From NCBI GenBank assembly GCA_036172245.1, contig JAYWIR010000001.1:12152001-12190869 (forward strand): a stretch of 38,869 nucleotides of DNA, given 5' to 3'. Positions 21,283 through 32,909 of the stretch are shown here, piece after piece (within the stretch, counting starts at the first letter, position 1; each line of letters opens with the position of its first letter). Both the position numbers and the translations under genes were made by a program. Below the pieces are notes generated by a model. The model had not been told where the DNA came from. It saw only the letters and a program-made list of their open reading frames with translations, and did no database searches. This DNA comes from Raillietiella orientalis. Its lineage: Eukaryota.

Positions 21283-21283
21283 G

Positions 21284-24200
21284 AGCACCAACGAGAAAAT
21301 TAAGAGATCGCCATCTCCTTCTTCGCACCAATTCCATGTTGATCCATGGGAAGAGCATGCTTGCCCCACTACTCGAAGATAGCGTTGCAGCAATGCGTTC
21401 CCGCATACCGTCTCGACTGCGTTCCCGAAAAAAGAATCGCTTCGGATAGCGCAATGGGAGCTGGCAGGGAATGAAGACTGCAGCGGAGGATTCAGCGCTC
21501 ACGCGTGCTGGTGCACCCAAGCAGTGGTGCTGTGCACAGGCTTCCGCTTCCATCGCATCCGCATTGCTGAGCTGTTCTTCAATGCCGCCATCCTGAAGTG
21601 TTTGCAGCGTATGTTTTGTTCGCTGCATTGGCGGACTTACTGTTGCATTTGCCATCGAAATACTGTGCTTCTACTCACAGTATAAGTTTCTGCAATGTGC
21701 GATTATAAAGGGATCACTGACTAAGAGATGGCCTAATGGAAGCATGCAGGCATTTTACGCAGAATTGAGGATTTACTTTGCGCATGAGCAGTATGCCAGC
21801 CGACGAAGTCCTGTGAGGAGCCATTAATGGCAGGAGGAAACTTTCCCGAATATACCGCCTGAAGAGCTTCCACTACCGCTTTCGATTCAATTATTGTGTT
21901 CGTCGAGTGGTCAAAAACTCAGCGATAAACAGATAGGTGACAGTGATCAACAAAGTGACTCCATCAACCTTCATCTAGTGCATTGAGTTTAGCAGCACCA
22001 CGGTGGAGGACCCGTAATGCCCTAGCAGCGGAGAACTCTTTGTACGCCGGAGGGATGCGGGAAGAGCTGAAGCCCCTGCCGGCGTCACATCAACAGATGA
22101 AGATAACGGCGGGTGAGATTACAGCTTCTCCGCACGTGTTGTAGGCTGCGGTGCTTAGGTCGCAGCCTACCAACCTCCAGGTGGCGTGGAAGGTAACGGC
22201 CGTTCCAGCATCTCTCTTTGCTTCAGTGGCGCAGGAATTTTCGCTCGCGGCGGTGGCAGCTCTAAATAGCAACATCCAGCCACTTAAGATATAAGGCAAG
22301 GCGGAGTCAATGGTACTCCTCGAAGTGCCCAATCTGATGGCTCCATCAAAAGTAGACGTACGAATAATCAGGTTTAAGACGGGACTGCTCCGACTCCACA
22401 ACATCCTCTTCGTTTTCTTCGCCTTATATGAGGCGAACGTAAACTTAGACAGAGCTCAGGAGATAATTCCCTGTGCCAGTGCTTTCAGCATCCACACGAT
22501 ATCCTCGCGGATGCCTTGATCGAGAGGGTCATCAACATTAAGAGCAGAATGTTGCCAGGTATCTATCACTACTGCGTTCGTCGCGGGAATATCCGGCTGA
22601 GCTCAACAAGATGTATGGAGATATCTTGCCAAGTTCGGCGAAATTTAACAAGTAGCATTTCGCAACCTTCTAGGCAAAGTTTCCTCCGGCAAGGGCGTCG
22701 CCAAAATGACTCTAGCGGAAGGTGCCCAACTTCCCTGAGTTCCCGTCATTGATGTTCAGTCGCAGGAAGTTCTCGTTCGGTAGAGCCAATCGCCTGTACG
22801 GAGCCTTCTGCACCGAATGTAAGATGTTCAGGCATCGTGTGGCAATGCGTTCCATAGTAGGTAGCCACCGATGCCGCAAACAGGGACACCTGGTCCGAGA
22901 GTACCCTCAGGCGAAATCATATTCTTTAGCAAGCTCTCTCGCCGCCCCAAGTGGACTTGTAAAACATACGCGTTCTGGTGCGGAATATCTGAGCTCTCTC
23001 GCTTGCAGAGATAACACGCAAGGAGGCTGAAAAGCCGAAGAAGCTGGCGGAGAAGACGGAGAGTGTGAAGGAAGCCGCACCGATTCCGGAAGACGGCTTC
23101 CAGGAAGTCAGGCGGAAGAAGAGAAAAAGGAGGATGCACCCGCAAGGGCAGCAATCCTCCGGATAAAGGTGGAAACCGCCGAGGACCCCAAAATGAAAGT
23201 GGTGGAACCCACACCGGAGAGGCAGGAAACCTTGCAGATCGTCGAGGATCTGGCTCAGCTACGTGATGAAGTTTGAATTGGAACGAAGAGTGAGAAACAT
23301 GAGCAACTCCAGCGCTGCATCTGCGGTGTCCAGGAGAACATTACTACAATCGTGGTAGAAGTCCCCCAGTGCAACAAGCTGGAGAGCGAATTGGTGGTCT
23401 TGAAGTCCGAATTCCGTGCGGTGGTGAGTCTCGGAACGTGGTCTCAACAGGTCGAGGAGACTGGCTTCACCTACCTCAGAGAACACGAGAGCGACGCTGG
23501 AGGCGACACCACCTCTGCTTGGAAATCGCAACGGTTTCTTGGTAGAACGCAAGCACTATCTCTCATCCAGCCAACAAACTTTTGGCGCAGCGATTTTTAC
23601 CAGCAGCCTTGTGGAAAATATTAGCAGCTGTGTTGCTGCTGTGGTGACTGGGGAACGCTGCTGCAGACTGCTACTAGGAAGAAATTGATGATGCTTAATA
23701 TTTGTTCTGTATTGTACATCCTTGAAGCGAAGTGTTTTAGATGCCCATTCTGGTGTCGTCTCACATTAACGGCAAGGCAACAAAGAGGAAGGAAAGAGGT
23801 GAGGAAACGTACGAGGTAGCAGCGCAGAAGACGAAGCACGAACTTTCCCGCTACGTCATTGGTTTGATGAACTTTCCTATCTTCTGGCCAACTACAATTC
23901 ATCTGCGGGTGAAGCAGATTCTATATGGCTCTTTCTGGCTGTAAACCATGATCTTGCTAGATCGCTGTTGCAATTGGAGCACGATCAGACTGATTGAAAA
24001 CATCCCAGGACACAAGTAGAGAGTGCTTCGGAACTTGCCCCTATTTGCTGCTTTGTTTCCATTTTCTTTCTCCTTTTTCTTTTCTTTTTTCTTCATGTCC
24101 GCTAGTTACTCAAGTACCTTTGCTTCACCTCATAGGGGGATATTCGAATGGTTCGATGACGACGCCGTATGGGGACTTCCATCGTCCGCTCTTGATTCTC

Positions 24201-24390
24201 CTCTGATTTCTCTGGAGAACATCGTCCGCAGGGAGCTGATGATCTCCTCTGTAGGGAATCACCCGAACATGCTTCTTAAGTACGGCGAAGTACCGCTCGA
24301 ATGCACCAGACGTCATCTCACACAGCTGACTTGCGCTTGTCAAACGTACGTGCTTGAGAACGGATATTCGCTATTGCTTGAGACTGTGTG
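21284..24390 (-). repeat. Inverted copy of 1-3107 (includes the Tx1-like ORF1 copy at ~22140-23560 plus)
   Basis: Paired coordinates sum to about 24391 throughout. ORFs are mirrored (22722..23030+ vs 1361..1669-). Confidence 0.97.
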
Positions 24391-24594
24391 CTGCACAGTG
24401 CCAAAGCTCGGCAACCGTGCATTCAGGCCCTCGGAACGAAGGCTATAGGCTTTATTGGCTAATGAAATCAGCGCAGCTGTACGGTGTGTTGATTTCACAT
24501 GCACGTGGGAGGATGTGAACTTTGTCTTCTCCCTGGATTCGGAACAGCAGCCCAGTTCAGCAGGCGAAGAGGAATTTTGAAGCGGGTTATACAT
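23830..24594 (-). pseudogene. Degenerate coding remnant, apparently paralogous to ORF 3238..3858
   Basis: Colinear by-eye matches: REKTKFT/MEQKKCT, HRTAALISL/DRTTAVSSL, AVLKKHVRVIPYRGDH/SVLRSRQLLVYSKGDH, ERKWKQ/ERKWKQ. Confidence 0.4.
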
Positions 24595-24689
24595 AAAAAT
24601 GATGCTTTCGTGTGCAGAGGCACAGCAGCAGCCATGGATATTTTGAAAAACTGTTTCAAGGGCTAATTATGAAAGAAATAGACATAGTA

Positions 24690-25990
24690 GGAACTGCAAC
24701 ACATTCCCCACCTGAACATATTGAAAAAGATTGATGACCAAGTACGACGGACGCCCAGCAACCTTTAGAGAAGATGGAAATCCCCCAACTGCAAAATGGG
24801 AACAGTGAAATGTAGTAAGGGAAGCATTGTGGGCACGTACCAAATGGAACTTTGTTCTTTTATTGTTATCATTAATAATTCTTGCTTTAATAAATCCACT
24901 CCATCGTATGTCAGACCCGGGAAAAACTGAATTACTCAGCATTTCTGCACCTTGAAAGCACAGAGTGCTAAAAGATTCAACAACCAGATATTGTTATCAG
25001 ACACATATAGTGTTAAATGGGGAATTCTGCGGAATTCCACCCTTGTGCGAAATCTCCCTATATAAAATAAGCGAAGCATGCTTGCTATTCGTTCAAGGGA
25101 AATCATGTGCATGCTGTGCAGGATCATACGGACTAGCTTTTGAAGGATTTTCAAGCTACACTTTCTGCTTAGGTTCGATGGAAACTTAATGTTACAAAAG
25201 CTAACTTGCAGAAACGACACACTTTGCCGCATTAGCTCAACTTTGAGAATCCCATTAGAATCTACCACGATCCTCAAGCTTTCTGTACTGATGGTGTCAT
25301 AAAGTTCCGCTGAAATTCGGCACGTTTCCCTTAAGAAATGCTCCTCTACCGACTCGATGCCCTTCTATATTTCGTTGTTTCATTTCCAAAGCTTTAGCTC
25401 CTAACCAACTTAAGCTCCTTCGAAATGTGGTCCTTAGACATGCATGAAAAATAGAAAATGGAAAAGCATTTACTGCATTCATGTCGGCACCAATCATAGT
25501 ACACACTGTATTATGATTCAGTAACACACAAGTAAATACACTCTTTTCTGGCAATCACTGATTAAAGTGAACAGCATTACCATACCGATGTGGAAAGAAA
25601 ACAATCGTAATTAGGGGACTAAGAAATATGAAAGTGATTAAAGAATGAAATGCTTCAAGTGTCTAATTGGGATGCAGTTATGCTGATGACTCACAGTAAG
25701 CGTCACTTAGTGCTTGAGCAAAGTCGAATCAACCTTTGAAATTTGAAATACAGCCACTCACCTCAAAACATGTTCTAGAGTATATGAAGATCCCTGCGAT
25801 ATGAAATTTCATTTCTTTATAAGTATTGCATTTTGTGAAATGCAAGACAGTATTCATCAGAATTCTTTTAACATTTGAAAACAGTACTCAACTAGTTAAC
25901 GCATTACCTGGAAACAAATATGCTGAAATCAGTTAACTTCAAATAACACACTGTCCTCCAGAACCAGTGAGCTCCAAAGGTGCAACCTAA
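24690..25990 (-). pseudogene. Possible multi-exon gene remnant downstream of RAD1, product unknown
   Basis: A series of minus-strand AG...GTGAGT/GTAATG/GTACGT-bounded segments with protein-like translations (AELYDTISTESLRIVVDSNGILKVELM; EMLSNSVFPGSDIRWSGFIKARII; VGGFPSSLKVAGRPSYLVINLFQYVQ). I could not build a stop-free model. Confidence 0.3.
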
Positions 25991-26363
25991 ATGTTGACCA
26001 AATCAAGATGTGGAAAACTCATCATTAAGAATTGAGAATTTTATTTTTTATAAGTGAAGATGCAACATGATTTTACATACAGTACAATCTCAGAGGTTGC
26101 TAATACACATATAAAACGAACACTACCACATTGGTGAACCTTTTCGCACACACGATTATTTCCAGATTCTCCTCCATAAATGTATGTTGTTTATCTTTGG
26201 AAATCTTTCTTCCTCCTATATGAGCTTTACATAAGATAAGTTTGCAAAAATTGGCATTTGTATTTTTAGCATTTGCATCAGACTGCAACAAAAACCAATA
26301 AATAGTGCAATAGTAAAGATTGTATGTGAAACCTTGCATGAATCATATATCGAACTTGATAGC

Positions 26364-27507
26364 TCACTGTGAGGAATTTTGCACATCTGGGCAACACTAA
26401 CACAGCATGCAAGACACCAGAAGCCAAGTCAAATCACTTACCAGAAACTCTACAAAGCAGCGCTGATCTTCTTCTGTGTGAATCATGTACTGCAAGCATA
26501 ACAATCCTTGTAAATCTATACGTAAAGATACTTTCTGTGAAAGGGAAAGAGGCTTGGCTGAAAGTTTTAGAAAAGATAGCTTGAATCTGTATGAAACAGG
26601 AGAAAAAAACGGAAAAGTTTCCAAAGCATCAGAATCTTCAGGTATTTCTGTCTGTTGCAACAAATAGTCATATAGTTGTTAACATTGATGCCAACTGAAC
26701 ATACACAGCTCTCGTTGGAAGTGCTAGATGTAGTGAATCTTAAAGTTCTTCCTGTAATTGAAATGTGCACAGTTTCACTGCCTAAATCAAAATCTGAAAA
26801 CACTTCTTTCAAGCAGTCAGCTTTCATAATGATTTTGGCATGCATGTTGTTAGGCTCAAAATTGAAATCAGCAAATTCTTCAGGATATAAAGTGTTAATG
26901 CTGCAATCTGTTAATACTCCTCCTTCCTCTAACCTAAAACCATATATGTTTTGCATAGTGGTCTGATTATTTTACATAATAAGAAGTGGGTGGCCGTATC
27001 CAGCATAACACATACATAATGTTGGATAACTACCAGAAGAGTTGAAACCTCCAAAAATATTCAAACAAACAAGTAAAACCGAAAGATTTCATGTCAGAGA
27101 TACAACTTCTTCCTTCAAAATAAATTCTCTGAAAATTTCGGCCTGAATCAATGCATTTGCTTGCACACATTTTGAATGTTCAACAGATACTTTTAAACCA
27201 TTATGACTTCCATTATGACTAGAAAGACGTCATTTTAATTGACACACTTCATGTCTTTCATGTTTTAAAACAATATTTCAAAAAATCAAGTCAGTTCTGA
27301 TGAACTTTCCATACTTTTCAGAATTTGGATTCTGTCATATAATATTTTCAAAGTAGGGAATTGCTTAAAATGGAACTATAAAAAACAACTGCATACCTCT
27401 CTAAAATTCACGGCTTTCAACAAAGTAATCACATTTTTAACATTATCTAGTTTCACTTTCAAAATATTATTGTCATCATGAATTACGTTTTCTATATACA
27501 AAGGCAT
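26364..27507 (-). pseudogene. RAD1: Cell-cycle checkpoint protein RAD1 (9-1-1 clamp subunit; nematode mrt-2), five exons, apparently disabled
   Basis: Exons 27507-27397 (MPLYIE..KLDNVKNVITLLKAVNFRE), ~27218-26976 (NGLKVSVEHSKCVQANALIQAEIFREF..MCYAGYGHPLL), 26933-26705 (LEEGGVLTDCSINT..), 26651-26442 (..KVSLRIDLQGLLCLQYMI..CFVEFL) and 26396-26364 (CCPDVQNSSQ*). All introns are GT-AG, and the peptides are colinear with the metazoan RAD1 sequence as I recall it. There is an in-frame TGA at 27091-27089 and a phase mismatch at the exon 2 acceptor. Confidence 0.93.
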
Positions 27508-27840
27508 ATTTACCATTTTTAAAAAAACGGCATCCATAAATCCTACAAAGTACGAAAGACACATAGATATTAATAGCTCGGTGTTAAACATGGGTAGCTT
27601 GTTTGCATAAACTCACACAATAATTCAAAGGTATTAATGGAAGCCTTTCACCCCTGGAGAAGGGCTACGCCTTAGCAAAATTCTCTATCCGAATCCATAC
27701 AAGGCTAATCACTGAACTACGGGGTAATTCCTTAAAGAACATGAATTCCCAAATCGTTTCCAAAGGTCACCATGTACATACAACGAAATAACTATAGCAC
27801 CAGGCACATGCTTAGTTTAGTACTCTGCGTTTCCCTGATT

Positions 27841-28312
27841 TTCATTTCATGCAACAACGAAACTTTCAAATCCTAAAGCTCTTTTCAAACTGTTAAACAC
27901 TTTCAAACGACGCTGATTCGTATGCCATACACTGTGCGACAATTGCATCAACCGCCTACCTTGCAACATTAATCAAGGAATACAAGGAATTCAATGGTCC
28001 ACTGACCATCCTGATCACTTTTTGAATTTGTGCATGAACGTAGAAGATAGGGAACAGTGCTACCAACGCATGTTGCGTATTGTTCAAGCGAAAAAGTCTA
28101 CTCAAGTAATACTCGAAAGATGCCTTGCATCAAAATTCAAGAAAAACCTAATTCTCTTAAAAAACTTATATCGCAATAAAAAAGAGAACTTACACTACTC
28201 AGCTAAGAAATTGGTGCGAAATTCAATTCAAAAGCTGAAAATCTTTCCAAACTATACTTCGTATGCTCTGAATCAAATCATGATCATGTTTACACAAGCG
28301 ACCTGTAGTTGA
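27841..28312 (+). pseudogene. Degenerate RING-like plus helical/basic coding remnant
   Basis: CHTLCDNCINRLPC (from 27923) is in frame with ORF 28022..28312 and preceded by a stop. FISCNN at 27841 lies in another frame. Confidence 0.3.
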
Positions 28313-28954
28313 CACGAAACCACTAATTCGTGCATGTTTTGTAGAATTTATTGATGAGATGTTGGTTTCAAAAAATAATGTTCCTCGAAGTGTTTTCAAC
28401 ACAGTAATGAAAAAATAAAGAATCATAATGAAAAAAGAAAAAAAACAGGGATAATGAAAGAAATTCAGAGAATCATAGCCATTAATTAAGAATACAACTA
28501 GTAGGCCAAAAAACCAAAAAAATAAACACAAAATACACAGGAAAAGAAATAATCACAGGTAATTAGTTTACAACATCACCGAAGAAGACAATGAAAAATA
28601 ATAACACACGGCTATTTTTCAGACAAAAGTCATGTATGATCAACTAGGATTGTACTCTCACTAACTAAACCATCCTAACATAACGTCCAACCAAGAAAGA
28701 TGTTCAAGCATATAACCCACAGTGAAGGAAACTTTGGGTTCAGTGCGGAATTCGAGTGAAAAAAGGATTCGCTAGCAATTGATGCAAACTTGGAAATAAG
28801 TGAACATACTTTTCTATCTTTTAAAGAAAATTACAGACCACGCTAAAAGTTTAGTGTGCTTATGTTGAGGTTTGCAACACCTAGGAAAACATACATGCAA
28901 GAGCAACATTATTAAAACTTCGAATTCTTCCGAAATCCTTTTTGCTTATTAATT

Positions 28955-29098
28955 AAAGAAATTGAATAAAGACTGACACACAAACAGTTGGCACGATTTA
29001 GCAAAGAAATTGAATAAAGACTGACACACAAACAGTTAGCACGATTTAGCAAAGAAATTGAATAAAGACTGGAACGCCAGCAGTTGGCAGGATATAGC
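28955..29098. repeat. 48-bp tandem repeat, three copies (third diverged)
   Basis: AAAGAAATTGAATAAAGACTG starts at 28955, 29003 and 29051. Confidence 0.93.
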
Positions 29099-29599
29099 AA
29101 CTTATACTTGATTGTTTGTTATTACCTATGGAAACTTTTCGTTCACTTTAACGATCTGAAAATGTTTGTTTTCTCCATTTAACTATGCAAAAAAAAGTCG
29201 TCTTACTCACTTCGAAATTTTTACATGGTAAGCTTGAAAAATAAACAGCACCATTTCATGTTATATTTTCAGTATTTCACTTTGCTTTTGTCTTCAATAT
29301 TCCCCTTCCAAAATTAGTGTTCTTGTATAATTAGCTCAATCAGTGTTACTAATTGCATTTCTAACTGAATTATTTGTTCTTGCACCTTCTATTTTTTTAT
29401 GACGATTTTTTAAGAGTTTGTATTTTAAAAATAGATATTTCATAGTACCGTCTGAACTAAGAATGAAATGAGTCAGGATGTGTCGAAGTGAAGAAATTGC
29501 GTTGACTCTTCATAGAGCTTAAATATTATAAATGTAGTTTTTTTAAGAAAATATTTGAATGAATACAAGTAGAAGTAAATCAAAATGACAGTAAACAAA

Positions 29600-31460
29600 C
29601 ATCAATCACATCGTGTAATCAGAAAAGTCCACGCATGCACGAATGCGATGACTGCCATCCAAAGCTGATTGCTCATCTCTTGCATTGGCATTGCACGTAA
29701 AACCATACTCCTCTTCGTAAGTGTGAAATTCGGGAAATAAAAATCGCAGCAGCAAAATCATGTTTCCTCTTCTCTTCTTTCTCCAGCAACTTTCTGCAGA
29801 AAGCACAGCATCATGCTGTCTTAGAATGCAATCGATCACGGCTTGAGCAGTGTCAGCAACATTATAATGCTTTCGCGACTACGATGGAGAAGAAAACTTG
29901 GATTTCAAGCCAACATACTCCTGGAGAAAATCACCAATGCCATAAATAAATTACTGGTATGTGAAAGATTAAGCAAAAAAAAAACCTTCTGCTTAGGAGA
30001 AAAAAAACGAGACTCCTGTTCTCATATTACTAGCAGTGCGTTTCTTTTGTCGAGAGAATGAAATAGTTCAACAAGTAATTATGAAATTCATTAATAGAAT
30101 CACTTGGAAATTAGACTGGATAAAGGCTTCAATGGTGCAACTTAAACACTCATGTGTTGGACAAAATTTGAGATTTCGTAAACACTCAGTTCCAACACGA
30201 GATCTGCTTCGATAATTTTCTATTTACGTCGATATGGTAACAGTTATATGGAACTTCAAAAAATTGTCTGAAGCACTACGTTTTCATATGAAATAGGAAT
30301 ACAAACAAAGAAAATCAGTAATTTGTAAAAGCGGACTAATGGCAATTGATGACATCAGAAGGAATTCCAACACGTGTTTCCTTTTCGAAAATTGGTTTGG
30401 TGGGCAAAATAAAAAGGAAGGTACAACAGATCACTAATCAATCGTTCTGCCTGTTGTAATCGTTCTGCTTTTTGAGAATTGGTTAATTATTTTAATACAT
30501 GAAAAAAAGGAGCTGTAGGTTGGACCTTTACAATAACAATGGATGAATTTCATTCAATCTCAATTGCATGCATTAAAATTGAAAACATAAACACAGATTT
30601 CTCAAGTACCATGCACAACATGTACATCTTTGCTACCTGTTCTAGTATCACCTTTCTGATTTCTTCATTTGCTTTTGAACTTCCCACCTACTCTTCTACA
30701 CAAAGATAAAGACTCTCAGACATGAGAACAAGAAGACCAAAAGCATATGTTAGTAGAAGGACGAACTCAATTTTCAGTTTTATTATTGATGGTAGTATTG
30801 AAGGTTTCCTTATTTTATTTACCTGGTATACTAATCAACAGAAAATCAATGTACTTCTGAAATTGATGTTACAGGCTACTCTGTGCATGAACAAAAATCC
30901 TCCACACCTTTGAAGTGGATTTTCATGATGGAATTTCCTAAGCATCTTGTTAATATCCTATCATTCTTTACTACAAATTTAGAAAACCACAATATTCAAT
31001 CAAGCTTCCTTTTTGTAATTCCATTTTGATTACTAGAATTCACAACATTCACAAAAAGACTCATTACAAAACTTGAAATTGGAATGATATTCTCCTAGCT
31101 AAGAACTGATCTCCAGTATAACAAGTCCGTGTTCACAAAATGAAGTTAATGAAAATTCAAAAACATAATCAGCAATATAAGTCTTTAATCATACAGGATC
31201 AACACATTTCATTACAGTTTTCAGGAAACAAAGTAGGGAGATTTCGAAATCATCGGGAAGCGCTCACGGCAGCAGGAGAACAGCTCAAGCAGACGATGAT
31301 GAGACATGCACACTGCCCTCGGATGGTCTTCCCTTTCGCGGCCTGCGAACCTCGTGGTCGATCACCTGTCGCTAGGAAAGATGAGCAGCCGTGGGCACCG
31401 AGAGGAGGGAGGCTGCCCGCAAACGCACTGCACAACGTTGCAGACTCCAGACATCCTCAT
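29600..31460 (-). pseudogene. Possible scattered exon remnants of an unidentified gene
   Basis: Protein-like segments, several splice-bounded, each with an in-frame stop: DEDVWSLQRCAVRLRAASLLSVPTAAHLS*RQ; VWRIFVHAQSSL*HQFQKYIDFLLISIP; SESLYLCVEE*VGSSKANEEIRKVILEQ; IYGIGDFLQEYVGLKSKFSSPS*SRKHYNVADTAQAVIDCILRQH. Confidence 0.25.
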
Positions 31461-32909
31461 CTCTGAGTGAAATTCTATAGAAGCAAGCTTTCCGGATGGA
31501 AGCTGGAGAGAGGAACCTTCTTCGCCCAGAATAACGCTCCGCCTTCGTGACTGGGCAAACGGGTGCCCAGTGCGAGAGTGTGCCCGTGTCCCGGAACTCC
31601 ACCGACACTTCCGAGCGACGCAACGTCCGGGCAAGCGCCGTCCATAGAAATCCGGAAAAACGAAATCCCAAAGGATAGTGAAAAAGAATTCTGCGTGTGT
31701 TTATCGCATACGAATGCATATACAAATTGGTTTTCACGTACACAGCGATTCCGATTTATTAGAATTCCTATTATTAAAGTTTCTATCCTTGGAAACTGCA
31801 TGTTTCGTAAAACTTGTCGACAGACATTTTAGTCATGCATTCTATGAATATGTTGTCGAGAAAATTCCTCATGGCTATGTTGGACATTAGAAAAATTAAA
31901 TAGATACGCGTGTACTCTGGATATGCGCGACGGAGAACTCTTTGAAGTTCATGTGGACACATACATAGGAATAGGAATAGGTTAACGTAAATGCGTAGGC
32001 ATGGAATTCCATATTATCTGGATATATTCGGAAAGCATGCATTTATCTATACACGCTTTGCAATCAATATCACTGCATAGATGAAAACATGTCCACATAT
32101 GGAATATGCCAAGACTTCCTCTCATAGTCAATGCAGCTTGCTCATTTCATTGATGCATCGGATCGTCATAGACGTCTACATTACCATGCTCTTCTTGCCT
32201 GCAACACAAGTGCTAACAGGTGCCGAATAACCACGTCCTTTCCCATCAACTGGCACGAGCAGGGTAGCCCTGGCACACCGTAAGCACGCCCCTTTTGTGG
32301 TGTTTGGTGACGTCGGTGGTGTGCGATTTCGAACGTAGCAAGCGGCCGCATGGCTCGCGTGCGCGTGCGCATTCCACTGGGTTCACAAACACCCTGAAAA
32401 TTCGATCCCGGCCCGATCGCTTGCCATCCTCTTGACACCCATGTCGCAGATGTTCTCCCGCCGAGAACGCTGCGGAGGACGCCAGCTTTCTCCCAGGCCC
32501 AACCGCTTACGTGCTCTCTCGTTCGGCGCAACAGCGGGTTCTGCATCCGCCCGACACACTCCCTTAGGGTTCCCAGGAAACTGCGCTGGCGAGACGCTTG
32601 GAATGCGAACGAGGAGACGGTCGGGAGCATCGTGGATGCTTGTTTGCTACGAGTAACCGCTTGGCGACAGGACAGAGGTCGTCACACGCCACCACGACCG
32701 CAGCCGCCTTCCCGAGATGTTAAGGGCTGACTGGATGAATGCTGCGGCACGATTCGATCCATCGCCGTTCGAACGGCGGTGGTGGCAACAGCCACATCGG
32801 ATAGCCTTCACTTTGGTTTCTATGGTTTCGCTTAGGAAGAAAAATTGTTCCGCAGGCTACTTCTGGTCGCTCGCTCTTTTGGTGATGTGTGACGCCATCC
32901 AAAAGCAAC

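Noticed and set aside
16613-21283. Helitron carrying captured fragments
   Set aside because: No 5'-TC or 3'-CTRR terminus with a subterminal hairpin on either strand.
1-24390. Inverted arms as terminal inverted repeats of one giant DNA transposon (Polinton/foldback)
   Set aside because: No integrase, polymerase or transposase was found. The arms consist of retroelement and gene debris with internal rearrangements, and the outer ends lie outside the window.
27089-27091. Selenocysteine or readthrough recoding of the RAD1 TGA
   Set aside because: The position is not a Cys in RAD1, no SECIS was seen downstream, and a second lesion at the exon 2 start points to pseudogenisation.
28955-29098. CRISPR-like array
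   Set aside because: The sequence between the repeated words is itself repeated (no unique spacers), there are no cas genes, and the context is eukaryotic.
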